A stretch of 64,000 nt of DNA from Gemmata sp. (GTDB lineage Bacteria > Planctomycetota > Planctomycetia > Gemmatales > Gemmataceae), in contig JBGSLF010000195.1 in NCBI GenBank assembly GCA_041740855.1, forward strand, positions 11,384-75,383, given 5' to 3'. Each line of letters starts with the position of its first letter. The stretch's first letter is position 1. The notes beneath the pieces were generated by a model. It searched no databases. It saw only the letters and a list, made by a program, of their open reading frames with translations, and was not told where the DNA came from. A program made the position numbers and the translations under genes. Below are positions 1 to 9,533 of the stretch, in pieces.

Positions 1-27
1 CCCATCCTCGATTTGCGCTTTGAATGG

Positions 28-1590
28 TCAGCGAACCCGCTCGAACATCACGCCCCGCTTGCCGCGTGCGATTTCTCGCCATCGTTCGGTGTGGGCAAGC
101 AAATATTCTTCAATCGAAGAACGTTTCTTCCCGGGTGGGCGGGCCATGATCACAGCGCGATCGAAGCCATACTCATCCGCCCACTTCTCGAAGATTGGCC
201 CCAGTTCTTCCGCGGGCAATTGCATGGCGTCGTAGTAATTCTTGAGCCATTCATCGCCGTAGAGTTCGCACCGATCATCCATGAAGATCTTCAAGCCAGG
301 AGCGTGATAGATCAGGTAGCCGCCCAGATTCGCATCGTTGAAGATCCGCGTTCCTTCCGGCACACGGGCCGCGTATTCTTCCACTGCGGAATTCAGATCG
401 CCAGGAACGAAGTTGGAATCGAACCGGACCCAGCCGTGGCCAATCACCGGAACGGGAACGCGGGCGAGTTGTAGCGCGAACGCGGTCAACACCACCGCAA
501 CCGGCAACACCCACCACCACGCCCCGCGGGCGGCCGCGAGCCGCTGCGAATCGCACTCGGGATTCCAGGCCAGAGAGCCATCGCCATGCTTCACAAGTAA
601 TCGGTGCCAGAGTGTGTGCCGCCACATATCCGCAATCGCAACTGCGGCGACGATCGCAAACAGCGGAGCCTGGCGAATGCCCTTAAAACTGAGCACAAAC
701 CACACAAGCGGGATGAGCCACGAGATGTGCGGTCGCCGTGGTAAGGTGCCCGCAAGCATAAGCAGGTAAAAGCCACCCAATCCCACAACGGCCATGCCGA
801 GCGGAGTTGTGGGGTCTGTGGGCATGTGTTCGACAATTACTTCGGGCAGCACCTTCGAGCCAACAATTCGCTCCCAAATGCGAAGCATTTCCATGCCGTG
901 TGGGTTCACGAATGGCGTGAGCAAACACGCAAACACAATCGCAATGAGAACGAACGCGGTACGCCAGTTGCGGATTGGTGAATCACGAGCCGACGCCAGG
1001 AACAGCAAGCCCCAACCGCCGACGGCCAGGCCCAGTGTCATGGTTCCACCGAGAACGCCGCCGTGCAGATTCGTCCAGAGCACATAAAGCGGAATCAGAG
1101 TTGCGAGCCGTGCTATCGATGCCGTGCCCCGCTCGAAATCAACCACGCACATCATCGTCCAACCGAGCAGCGCGATGGTAAACATGTGCGGGCGAACGTA
1201 GTAATGGAACGAGCCAACAAACAGGCACAGCCCCACAACTAACGCCGCAAGAAGTGGCCCCATTCCGCCTTGCACACATCGCCGAAACACCAGCGTGAAC
1301 AAGAACGAAACGCCCGTGACGAAGGCCAGCAACAGCGCATCCAACCCCGCGGCGTTGTGCGTGAGCGCCATCAGCACTTCCGCCGCCCACTGTTGCGGAA
1401 CCCAGCCATGCCCTTCGAAGGTGTAACTGAACGGATCGGTTTGCGGCATTCCTTCGTTAAGAATGATCTCGCCCACTTTGATGTGCCAAAGTGAACCAGG
1501 GTCGTAAAAACCCCGCTCCCGGAACGCCAACAGGAGCAGCAGCCAAACGACCAGGAAGAATACCGTATCCGGCCGGAACAACCGTTTCAT
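28..1590 (-). CDS. polytopic integral membrane protein, 520 aa (GT-C/ArnT-like glycosyltransferase fold suspected)
   Basis: Longest ORF in the region. Many hydrophobic helices (VFFLVVWLLLLLAF, LLAALVVGLCLFVGSF, VLIAIVFACLLTPF, WWVLPVAVVLTAFAL) followed by a soluble C-terminal domain. The overlapping + strand ORFs look like shadow frames. Confidence 0.75.
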   Translation of the reverse strand: MKRLFRPDTVFFLVVWLLLLLAFRERGFYDPGSLWHIKVGEIILNEGMPQTDPFSYTFEGHGWVPQQWAAEVLMALTHNAAGLDALLLAFVTGVSFLFTLVFRRCVQGGMGPLLAALVVGLCLFVGSFHYYVRPHMFTIALLGWTMMCVVDFERGTASIARLATLIPLYVLWTNLHGGVLGGTMTLGLAVGGWGLLFLASARDSPIRNWRTAFVLIAIVFACLLTPFVNPHGMEMLRIWERIVGSKVLPEVIVEHMPTDPTTPLGMAVVGLGGFYLLMLAGTLPRRPHISWLIPLVWFVLSFKGIRQAPLFAIVAAVAIADMWRHTLWHRLLVKHGDGSLAWNPECDSQRLAAARGAWWWVLPVAVVLTAFALQLARVPVPVIGHGWVRFDSNFVPGDLNSAVEEYAARVPEGTRIFNDANLGGYLIYHAPGLKIFMDDRCELYGDEWLKNYYDAMQLPAEELGPIFEKWADEYGFDRAVIMARPPGKKRSSIEEYLLAHTERWREIARGKRGVMFERVR

Positions 1591-1668
1591 CCGCTGATGC
1601 TCCCGCGATTAGGCCGGATTCGCCGCTTCGCAAACGTAGAACACGTTGCGCGGCGGGGCGTGCGAGGG

Positions 1669-1708
1669 CATCCGGGCACATCCGGGCACATCCGGGCACG
1701 TGCCGGGC
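1669..1708. repeat. 10-bp tandem repeat CATCCGGGCA x3 plus one degenerate copy
   Basis: Read directly: catccgggca at 1669-1678, 1679-1688 and 1689-1698, then cgtgccgggc at 1699-1708. Lies in the divergent intergenic region between the 28-1590 (-) and 1795-3012 (+) genes. Confidence 0.9.
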
Positions 1709-1794
1709 GAAACCGGCGTAATTGGCGGGCAAACTCGCCCAGTTTCGATCACGGGTTGCTAAACTGACCAGAACACACCCGCGGAGCACTTCCG

Positions 1795-3012
1795 ATGTAC
1801 GATCCCGACGAAGCCCCCGAGAAGTTGCCATTCGACCCCGCCGCGTTCGAACGCGTTCGTGCGGCGTTGGCTTCGAGCGGTCCACTCGCCGCAGCCGATA
1901 AACTGGTCGCGGAACTCCGGGCCGCCGAAGACTTCCAGGGTCTCTTCTACGCCTTACTTCTGAAGAAGCGAGTTGAACTCGGCGTGTCGCCGTTCCCCAC
2001 GGGGCCAGCCAACGAGTTGCCGTCGGAATCGCACGAACCCTATGAGCAGGCCATTCGGGAAGCGGGCCGCGAAGTGGGCAACGCGCTACTGGAACGGAAG
2101 CAGTTCTCGCAGGCGTGGGGGTTTTTCCGCATGCTCGGCGAACCCGAACCGGTGAAAGCCGCGTTGGAAGCCTTCGATCCTGGCCCGGACGACGATATCT
2201 ATCCCGTTATCGAAATTGCCTGGCAAAACGCCGTGCTGCCCAAGAAGGGCTTCGATCTGGTGCTGGATCGGCATGGCGTCTGTTCCGCGATCACCATGGT
2301 GAGCAGTTCGGATGTGTCTGGCAATCCGGACCTTCGCGATCACTGCGTCGGCCGGCTCATTCACGCGCTTCATCTGCAATTGAACGAACGACTTCGCGGC
2401 GAACTCACAGCACGCGGGGCGAAAGTCGCGGCCGGTGCGACAATCGCGGAAATGGTCGAGGCTCACCCGGAACTGTTCGCAGACGATGCGTACTACATCG
2501 ATACTTCGCACCTGTCGAGCGTGGTGCAGATGGCCACGCACTTGCCCGCCGGCCCCGAAAGCGAACTGGCCCAAGAATTGTGCGTCTACGGGCGAAAGCT
2601 CTCGCCGAGCTTTCAGGGCCACAACGATGCCCCCTTCGACGACGGCTACGACGATTACCTGGCCTTCTTGAAGATCATCGCCGGAGCGCCCAATCCACCT
2701 CGCACGGGTAACAAGGCTGATGTGGATGCAGGGTTGGAACGCTTTCGCGCCAAAGCCGAGCGTGAAGCGGCCGAGGGAAGCACATATGCGGCGCAGGTGT
2801 ATGTCAACCTGCTACTGCGAGCCAATCGCCCCGCCGATGCGCTCGCCGCGGCCAAAGCCCACCTGCTTGCCGAGGACGAGCGGAACATGATCTGCCCCGG
2901 CGTGAATGAACTCGCCCGCAAAGCCGGCGACTTCGACACGATTGCCGAAGCTGCGAAAGCACGGCAAGACCCGGTCGGGTATTTGGCTGGCCTTATCGCG
3001 GGTCGCAAGTGA
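1795..3012 (+). CDS. conserved hypothetical protein, 405 aa, soluble
   Basis: Long ORF with an ATG start and balanced composition. The antisense ORFs are Arg/Ala-rich shadows. No catalytic motif recognised. Confidence 0.7.
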   Translation: MYDPDEAPEKLPFDPAAFERVRAALASSGPLAAADKLVAELRAAEDFQGLFYALLLKKRVELGVSPFPTGPANELPSESHEPYEQAIREAGREVGNALLERKQFSQAWGFFRMLGEPEPVKAALEAFDPGPDDDIYPVIEIAWQNAVLPKKGFDLVLDRHGVCSAITMVSSSDVSGNPDLRDHCVGRLIHALHLQLNERLRGELTARGAKVAAGATIAEMVEAHPELFADDAYYIDTSHLSSVVQMATHLPAGPESELAQELCVYGRKLSPSFQGHNDAPFDDGYDDYLAFLKIIAGAPNPPRTGNKADVDAGLERFRAKAEREAAEGSTYAAQVYVNLLLRANRPADALAAAKAHLLAEDERNMICPGVNELARKAGDFDTIAEAAKARQDPVGYLAGLIAGRK

Positions 3013-3203
3013 GTAATCGGAAGTGAAGTAAATGGTGAAGTAAGCACCCTTTGCACTTCGCTGATGCTCTTGGCTTTCAATCTCTCGACATCCACACTCG
3101 CGCTGGAGTAGACTGCTTCTTACCAATTCGGCCAGTCGCACGATACCCCTTTGGGGTTCCGAACATCTTCGGTCGACTGGCCATTTCTCTCCTGGAGTGG
3201 GCG

Positions 3204-3380
3204 ATGAATCACAGCGCTCGCAAGCAACAACACGAACAGGCCCGTAAAAAGCATCGACAGGATCATGAAGAGCATTTGCGAGAACTCTCGCGGCAGAAGC
3301 GTTCGACTCTCCCGATGTGGTTTCTGGGAATCGGAATCACACTGCTACTTGCGCTCGTGGTGGCCGCGATGTTGTACTGA
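3204..3380 (+). CDS. small basic protein with C-terminal transmembrane anchor, 58 aa
   Basis: ATG at 3204 preceded by GGAG at 3194-3197. Basic N-terminal part (KQQHEQARKKHRQDHEEHLR), then a TM helix (MWFLGIGITLLLALVVAAMLY). A strong hairpin follows. Confidence 0.5.
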   Translation: MNHSARKQQHEQARKKHRQDHEEHLRELSRQKRSTLPMWFLGIGITLLLALVVAAMLY

Positions 3381-3406
3381 TGCCACACACCGCCTGGTAC
3401 ACAACA

Positions 3407-3440
3407 CAAAGGCCGGTGGAGTTTCCCCCACCGGCCTTTG
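3407..3440. terminator. bidirectional hairpin terminator between convergent genes
   Basis: Perfect 13-bp stem caaaggccggtgg / ccaccggcctttg with an 8-nt loop, located between the gene ends at 3380 (+) and 3462 (-). Confidence 0.7.
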
Positions 3441-3461
3441 CTTGAAATTGCGTTACCGACT

Positions 3462-4601
3462 TTACTTGCTATCCGGGCGAACCGGCCGCTCGTTCGAACC
3501 ACTCGGCCGACGCGGAGCATCATTATCTGGTCGCTCGGCTCCCGGTCGGCGTGGCGTGTCGGTGGCTGGTCGTTCGCCACCGAGCCGTCCTGGCCCTTGC
3601 ATCAATTCTTCCACTCGCCGCACCTGATCTTCTGACAAAACGGAACGAAGCTCTTTGAACAGTTCGCTGCGAATTTTTTCCATTGCGGCACGGGCATCGA
3701 TCGGGTCGAGATTACCCCCGCGAACCTTTTCCATCATTTCGCGCATTTTCGGCCCGAATTCGCTTACAAGGTTGCGAATGCGGTCTGCCTCTCGTTCGGG
3801 CAGTTTCAGTTCGCCGATGATGCGGGCTGCCATGTCCATACCACCAGGGCCACGAGCGTCTGGGCCTTTGGGTGCAGGACGATCGCCGGGTCGCCCATCC
3901 GGACCTTCTTTGGGTGCAGGACGATCGCCGCGGTCGCCAGGGCCACCCATCGGTCCCATCGGGCGACCCGGTCCCATCGGTCCCATTGGTCCCATCGGTC
4001 CCGTTCGTGGGCCACCGTCGCCCGGGCGACCATCCAGACCCATTGGGCCACCCGGCCGACCCATTGGCCCCATTGGTCCCATCGGGCCACCCGGCCGACC
4101 CATTGGCCCACCAGGACCGAACGCACCACCGCCAGGACCGCCAGGGCCGCCGGGGCCGCGTGCGATGCCGGGTTGACCACCAGTTTCGCGATGGCGTTCG
4201 ATCATTGCGATTACATTGCGTGCGGCGACCGCTTTCACGTTGTCGCCACCTTCGGCCAGTTGACGCAAAGTCGGAATAGCCTGCGGGCCAACGTGAACCA
4301 ACGCCGCCCGAGCGCTATCGCGAACGGTATCGTGCGGGTCGGCGATCTTCTCGACCAGCACTTTCACCCATGCATCCACGGTGGCATCAGGTCGCGGGCG
4401 TTCGCCCATTGGCCCCATTGGACCTTTGCGATCGGGTTGTTGCCCGCCGCGTTTATCGTCTGGACCTTTGCGATCCGGTTGTTGTTCATTGCGTTTGTCG
4501 TCTGGCCCTTTGCGATCGGGGGGCTGTGCGACAACCGTAGCAGCCGCCACAACGCCTGCGATAAGCATGGCAGGGGCGAGCACCTTTGATACCCAGAACA
4601 T
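3462..4601 (-). CDS. secreted repeat protein: PDRKGPDDKR repeats, HEAT-like segment, Gly-Pro-Met tract, LTXXQ-like C-terminal helical domain
   Basis: N-terminal signal or anchor (VLAPAMLIAGVVAAATVVA). Three QPDRKGP repeats. DTVRDSARAALVHVGPQAIPTLRQLAEGGD resembles a HEAT repeat. Long GPMGPMGRPGGPMG tract. C-terminal part contains LSEDQVRRVEEL, resembling the Spy/CpxP LTXXQ motif. Confidence 0.75.
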   Translation of the reverse strand: MFWVSKVLAPAMLIAGVVAAATVVAQPPDRKGPDDKRNEQQPDRKGPDDKRGGQQPDRKGPMGPMGERPRPDATVDAWVKVLVEKIADPHDTVRDSARAALVHVGPQAIPTLRQLAEGGDNVKAVAARNVIAMIERHRETGGQPGIARGPGGPGGPGGGAFGPGGPMGRPGGPMGPMGPMGRPGGPMGLDGRPGDGGPRTGPMGPMGPMGPGRPMGPMGGPGDRGDRPAPKEGPDGRPGDRPAPKGPDARGPGGMDMAARIIGELKLPEREADRIRNLVSEFGPKMREMMEKVRGGNLDPIDARAAMEKIRSELFKELRSVLSEDQVRRVEELMQGPGRLGGERPATDTPRRPGAERPDNDAPRRPSGSNERPVRPDSK

Positions 4602-4785
4602 GCGTTGCCTCCGGGAGAGTGAATTGCGGCCGCACGAAGAATGACGGCCCCAGGAGTGAAAACGGTAACCGATGCGAACCGAGACACACCAGCCAGATTT
4701 TTGGCTTGTATGCCCGCGATCGTTTTCTAGCTGACGTGGATTAAAGCCGGGTTATAGTCTTTGGCACAAGCGGAATGAATTGGCG

Positions 4786-6219
4786 TTACATATCGAAGTA
4801 GAGCGCAAACTCGTACGGATGAGGGCGAACCCGCACGGCGGCGACTTCTTCCTTGCGTTTGTAATCGATCCACGTTTCGATCACGTCTTCCGTGAAAACG
4901 CTTCCCTGCAGCAGGAATTCGTGATCCTTCTCCAACGCCGTGAGTGCATCGTCGAGCGTTTGCGGCACGCGCGGCAGGTCTTTGAGTTCCTCCGGCGGCA
5001 TGTCGTAGATGTCTTTATCGAGCGGCGGGCCAGGGTGCGTTTTGTTGCGAATGCCATCGAGCATGGCCATGAGCATTGCGGAGAATGTGAGATACGGGTT
5101 GGCGGTGCCATCAGGCACGCGATATTCCAATCGCTTCGATTTCGGGCGTGAAGAATAGACAGGAATTCGCACGGCCGCGGACCGGTTACGCTGGCTATAA
5201 GCCAGGTTGACCGGTGCTTCGAAGCCGGGAATCAGCCGCTTATAGCTATTCGTCGTGGGATTGGTAATCGCACACAGAGCAGGTGCATGCTTGAGCAAGC
5301 CGCCAAGGGCGTACATGGCTTCGTCCGAGAGATTCGAGTAATCGCTGCCGGCAAACCGATTCACGCCATTCTTCCAGAGCGAAACGTGAACGTGCATGCC
5401 GCTGCCGTAGTCGTCGAAGAGCGGCTTGGGCATGAAAGTGGCGGTTCGGTTGTTGCGGCGTGCCACATTCTTGACGATGTACTTGTACTTCAAAACGCTA
5501 TCGGCCATCGGCACAAGTTCGTCGTAACGAATGTTAATCGCGCACTGCCCGCCGCTCGCCTTCTGGTGATGGTGGCTCTCAACGGTAAGCCCGCACTGCA
5601 TCATGGCGAGCATCATCTCGCTACGGAGATCATGAACGCTATCGGTGGGCGGGCACGGAAAGTAGCCCTGGCGATACGGAACCTTGTAACCGAGATTGGG
5701 CTTCTCGTCGCGACCGGTGTTCCACTCCCCTTCGCCGCTATCGACGTAGTAGAACGCGGAGTGCGAAGTCTGCGCGAACTTCACATCGTCGAACACAAAG
5801 AACTCGAGCGAAGGGCCGAAATACGCGGCGTCGGCCACGCCCGTGCTCTTCATGTAGTTCACGGCCTTGCGGGCCACGTTTCGCGGATCTTTGCTGTAAT
5901 CTTCTTTGGTGAGCGGATCTTGAATGTTGCAAATCATCGCCAGCGTAACATCGCGGCAGAACGGGTCCAGAAACAGCGTATCGGGTTGCGGAACCAGAAG
6001 CATATCGGACTCATTGATCGGCATCCACCCGCGCAGGCTGGAGCCATCAAAGCCGATTCCGTCCTCGAACACCGCCTCTTCAAGTACCTCGGCGGGAACC
6101 GTGAAGTGCTTCCATTGGCCGGGGAAATCCATGAAGCGAAGGTCAACGGCCTTCACTTCGTGTTCGCGAAGCAGAGCCAAAACCTCGCGGGGAGTGCGAG
6201 CAGGTTCTCGGGTGGACAC
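4786..6219 (-). CDS. glnA: glutamine synthetase type I
   Basis: 477 aa with a GTG start and GAGGGA about 8 nt upstream. GS-I hallmarks are present: VKAVDLRFMDFPGQWKHFTVP, GSGMHVHVSLWK, NPTTNSYKRLIPGFEAP, SAAVRIP. Confidence 0.95.
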   Translation of the reverse strand: MSTREPARTPREVLALLREHEVKAVDLRFMDFPGQWKHFTVPAEVLEEAVFEDGIGFDGSSLRGWMPINESDMLLVPQPDTLFLDPFCRDVTLAMICNIQDPLTKEDYSKDPRNVARKAVNYMKSTGVADAAYFGPSLEFFVFDDVKFAQTSHSAFYYVDSGEGEWNTGRDEKPNLGYKVPYRQGYFPCPPTDSVHDLRSEMMLAMMQCGLTVESHHHQKASGGQCAINIRYDELVPMADSVLKYKYIVKNVARRNNRTATFMPKPLFDDYGSGMHVHVSLWKNGVNRFAGSDYSNLSDEAMYALGGLLKHAPALCAITNPTTNSYKRLIPGFEAPVNLAYSQRNRSAAVRIPVYSSRPKSKRLEYRVPDGTANPYLTFSAMLMAMLDGIRNKTHPGPPLDKDIYDMPPEELKDLPRVPQTLDDALTALEKDHEFLLQGSVFTEDVIETWIDYKRKEEVAAVRVRPHPYEFALYFDM

Positions 6220-6419
6220 GACGGATGTCCCTCAATTGGCCGATGGGAAGATGGTGGCGGACGCGGGAGAGAGATGTGCGTCGGAAGTGTGTTATACGAA
6301 ATCTGCCACGTTGCGGAACCCCGGGCACGGTAATGGATTAAACGTGGTGGTGCAGGAACGAGAACATGCCAAGAGCCGCGATAAGTTTGCCAGATTTCGC
6401 ACCAGCCGAGTATCTGTCA

Positions 6420-7376
6420 TCAGGCTTGCGATTCGTAGCGAATCGATTGGGCGGTAGTCGCGTTGGAGACAACCCGCCACGGACTGCCTTCCTCTTTGCG
6501 CACGGCCTTGAGTCCGTGAGCGGTGAGAATGGCCGTCATGAAGTCGCAGCAGGTGGGAAAGCGATCTTGCGGTGCGGGCGACAACGCACGACGCAGCGCG
6601 GGGCGTTCTGCTTCGGTAACGAGTGAAAGGTCTACTAAAGGTTGCGTGCTACTGCGTGAGAGCACATCGGGCGACGAAGAGAACGGGAACGAACCAGTGC
6701 GAAGAACATGGTAGGTTACCGCCAAACTAAACTGATCGGATGTGTCGGAGTAGTAACCGAGAAACACTTCGGGCGCTGCGTATTCACGCGTTCCTTGTCG
6801 CGGGCATGGCGTGTTGGAACCATGCGTGGGTGTGGCCAACCCGTGATCGGTCAACTTCGCCGTGTCGCCCACAAGCAGGATGTTGTTCGGCTTCACGTCC
6901 CCATGCTGAAACCCGACTCGCCGCCCTTCAAGCGTGTGCCGCCGCGAATTCAAGAAATCGAGCGCCGTGGCCACCTGCCACATGTACAGGCCCAGTAGCG
7001 GAGCATCGATCCGCTGGCCCAGTTCGTTGTGGTACACCATGAGCAAGTCGAGCAGCGTGGCGTCAGCCAGCTCCATGTTAATGACGATGTACCCCGGAAC
7101 CGACCAAACGCTGTTTGTCTGGATCAGGTGCGGGTGGTTCATTGCCAGAAACGATTGCATCGATCGCACTTCGCGTGCGGTGGTGCTGGAGTTTGAACTC
7201 AGGATAAACTTCAACGCCACCGGTACGCCCGACGGGGAATATGCTTCCCACACTTCGGCGAACCCGCCCCGCCCGCGAACTCGCCGCAGTTTATAACCTG
7301 GCGAAGGTTCTGCACCGGCCTGAAGAGAGAGGGCACCAGGCGTACTCGAACGCACTTTTGGGAAGAAGGCCAACAC
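6420..7376 (-). CDS. serine/threonine protein kinase (Hanks type), kinase domain only
   Basis: GRGGFAEVWEA glycine loop, VALKF lysine, HGDVKPNNILL catalytic loop, LTDHGLA (DFG-equivalent), EYAAPE. GTG start. Confidence 0.85.
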   Translation of the reverse strand: MLAFFPKVRSSTPGALSLQAGAEPSPGYKLRRVRGRGGFAEVWEAYSPSGVPVALKFILSSNSSTTAREVRSMQSFLAMNHPHLIQTNSVWSVPGYIVINMELADATLLDLLMVYHNELGQRIDAPLLGLYMWQVATALDFLNSRRHTLEGRRVGFQHGDVKPNNILLVGDTAKLTDHGLATPTHGSNTPCPRQGTREYAAPEVFLGYYSDTSDQFSLAVTYHVLRTGSFPFSSSPDVLSRSSTQPLVDLSLVTEAERPALRRALSPAPQDRFPTCCDFMTAILTAHGLKAVRKEEGSPWRVVSNATTAQSIRYESQA

Positions 7377-7518
7377 CGCCTCCCCTTTACAACAATTGGA
7401 ATGACAATGAAGACTCGCGGGGCCATGCGAGCGAGGTTGAGGAACTGTAGCACACGATCAACCGATACGTGTGACAGGCAACGGATTAACACGATCCGGT
7501 GTGCGGACGCCCATCAGA

Positions 7519-8025
7519 TTAAGAGAGCTGCGAGTTGTTCACGGTGCTGTAAGACCATCCAGCCGGGCGGCCCGCTTCATAAGGCATGACGCCGTGAAAC
7601 TGCGGCGATTGGAAATCAAAGACTAGCGGCAAGAAGTAGCGGTCGCCTTCCCAGAGTGGCAAGCACGGAACTTGCTCCACCGCGACCCATTCCAGCGAAC
7701 CCTCCGGATTCGCCTTGAAAGGCACACCCGTAAACGCGGTGATGCGGAAGATAAAACCGAACCAATCTTCGCCATGTTTGCCAAATCCCGGCCACGAAAT
7801 GGTGCCCGCCAGTTCCAGTGCGTTGCACTCGATCCCCGCTTCTTCGCGAACTTCACGCCGCAAACCGGCCACCACATCTTCGCCAGGTTCCAGCTTCCCA
7901 CCCAGACCGTTGAACTTGCCGAAGTGCGCATCATCTGGCCGCGCATTACGGTGGATCATCAGCACCTGACGTTGATCGGGAGAAAACACATACCCGAGTG
8001 TGGCGAGAATGGGTGTGTAGGGCAT
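7519..8025 (-). CDS. NUDIX hydrolase
   Basis: Nudix box GGKLEPGEDVVAGLRREVREEAGIE. I chose the start MPYTPILATLGYVF at 8025, because the longer ORF (to 8283) would overlap the neighbouring 93-aa gene. Confidence 0.8.
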   Translation of the reverse strand: MPYTPILATLGYVFSPDQRQVLMIHRNARPDDAHFGKFNGLGGKLEPGEDVVAGLRREVREEAGIECNALELAGTISWPGFGKHGEDWFGFIFRITAFTGVPFKANPEGSLEWVAVEQVPCLPLWEGDRYFLPLVFDFQSPQFHGVMPYEAGRPAGWSYSTVNNSQLS

Positions 8026-8074
8026 AGTTATTCCGGCCGCGATAACTGGCCGGTCCCGCGACATCGAACGGGCA

Positions 8075-8356
8075 TCATTGCTTGGGAAGTGCGGCGATGG
8101 TCTGGCGTACGTCGTGCAGATCGCGATCGGAAACACCTTCGCGGCGTTGATAGCGGCGTTCAAGCGCGTCGAGAAGGGTATCCCACATTTCGCGAGTAAC
8201 TTCCGCTGCGGGTTCCCAGTTCGTGCGACGCTTGAATCGCACGACAAACTCCCAGGCGCGGGCGAACTTCCGGGCGCAAACAAACCGCCGCTCGCCGGTG
8301 AGCGGGTCGATATCAGTCCACTGGATTTCCACGGAGTGTTGTCCTCGGCATCGCAA
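8075..8356 (-). CDS. hypothetical protein, 93 aa
   Basis: ORF with non-shadow composition directly upstream of the NUDIX gene. No motif recognised. Confidence 0.45.
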   Translation of the reverse strand: MRCRGQHSVEIQWTDIDPLTGERRFVCARKFARAWEFVVRFKRRTNWEPAAEVTREMWDTLLDALERRYQRREGVSDRDLHDVRQTIAALPKQ

Positions 8357-8447
8357 CTACAATAGCAGCACGATAGTATAATTCACCTTAGCAGAAGCCG
8401 CGTGGCTCGGTATAGCCCGGTCCGCACACGGGTTGTGGAGTCGCGAT

Positions 8448-9326
8448 ATGTTACTTTATGCAGACCACACCGCCGTCGTTTCCGCCCTGTCGTTCGCGCC
8501 AGATGGCTCAACATTGGCGTGCGGTTCTCGTGATGGCTCGGTATTCCTACGAGACGCGATTGGCACGCGGCAACCTCTCACGGAACCGGGACCCGATGGC
8601 CTTCCCATTCAAGCGATTGTGTACACTCCGGACGGATCGACTGTTCTCATAGGAGGCGCTTTCGGTTGGCTCGGCGTGCGACAAGTCGGCGAAACATGGA
8701 AGATCTTCGGCCCGCAACAATCCGCCCCGGTCACATCGCTTGCGATGCTCGACGACCACACACTTGCGGTGGGCACCGGTGATCGGGCGAAGACCAGTGC
8801 CGGGAAGTTCGAACTCTGGGATGTGGCAACCTGCCAGAAGCGGTCGCCGTGCTTCCTGGAACCTAACGGGGTGCGTGCGGTCGCCGCGTGCCCGGCCAAG
8901 CGGATGGTTGCGTGGGCAACGGGGCATCGCAAGATCTGCGTGTGGGAAGTGGTTAAAGCCAGCCCGATCGAGTTCCCGCAACCCAAACCGTGTCACGCGG
9001 TCGCCCTTGCGCCAGATGGCACGCAATTCGCTGCTGCCGTGGATTACGCCGTCAAGGTTTACTCGGTGGGCGGGCGACGCGAGCGGCTCGAACTCAAAGG
9101 GCACAAGGGGCAAGTCTCTGCGGTCACGTTCAGCCCGGATGGCGTAACGCTTGCCACGGGAAGCTGGGACGGAACCGTGAAGATCTGGGACGCGGCCACG
9201 GGCGGCGAGCGTGAAACCTTCCGTTGGCCGGTGGGTCGCATCTATAGCTTGGCTTACGCACCAGATGGGCTTCGACTGGCCGCCGGCGGCGATACAGGCG
9301 GCGTCGTGGTCTGGGACATGGAATAA
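8448..9326 (+). CDS. WD40 repeat protein
   Basis: Repeats of the type FSPDGxxLATGSWDGTVKIWD and ALAPDG/YAPDG. The ATG at 8448 is in frame with a TTG at 8433. Confidence 0.85.
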   Translation: MLLYADHTAVVSALSFAPDGSTLACGSRDGSVFLRDAIGTRQPLTEPGPDGLPIQAIVYTPDGSTVLIGGAFGWLGVRQVGETWKIFGPQQSAPVTSLAMLDDHTLAVGTGDRAKTSAGKFELWDVATCQKRSPCFLEPNGVRAVAACPAKRMVAWATGHRKICVWEVVKASPIEFPQPKPCHAVALAPDGTQFAAAVDYAVKVYSVGGRRERLELKGHKGQVSAVTFSPDGVTLATGSWDGTVKIWDAATGGERETFRWPVGRIYSLAYAPDGLRLAAGGDTGGVVVWDME

Positions 9327-9533
9327 CGGCCACACGCCACATCGCATTCGCGCTCGCCAATCACTTCCGTTAAATCTCGCAGTATTGTTACAATCACGGC
9401 TATTCCAGATTCCGGCTTTGAGTGGTATCTCTACACATAGGCAATCGCAGAAATGTAAGGGGTTGACAGGCGAAGGCAATCGCGCCATCGTCTAGGTTAC
9501 ATCATTGGGCAAGCGAATCCTCTCTGACGGACG

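Noticed and set aside
411-430. GGTTCGATTCC, a tRNA T-loop-like string (minus strand)
   Set aside because: The flanking bases cannot form T-stem or acceptor-stem pairing, and it lies inside a membrane protein CDS.
6220-6419. Search for a sigma-54 (TGGCAC-N5-TTGC) or NtcA-type site upstream of glnA
   Set aside because: The closest string is TGGCAG-N5-GTATA on the minus strand, which does not fit the -12 element. No convincing site was found.
8026-8283. N-terminal 86-codon extension of the NUDIX ORF
   Set aside because: It would overlap the 93-aa gene at 8075-8356, and the extension is low-complexity. The NUDIX fold begins right after the Met at 8025.
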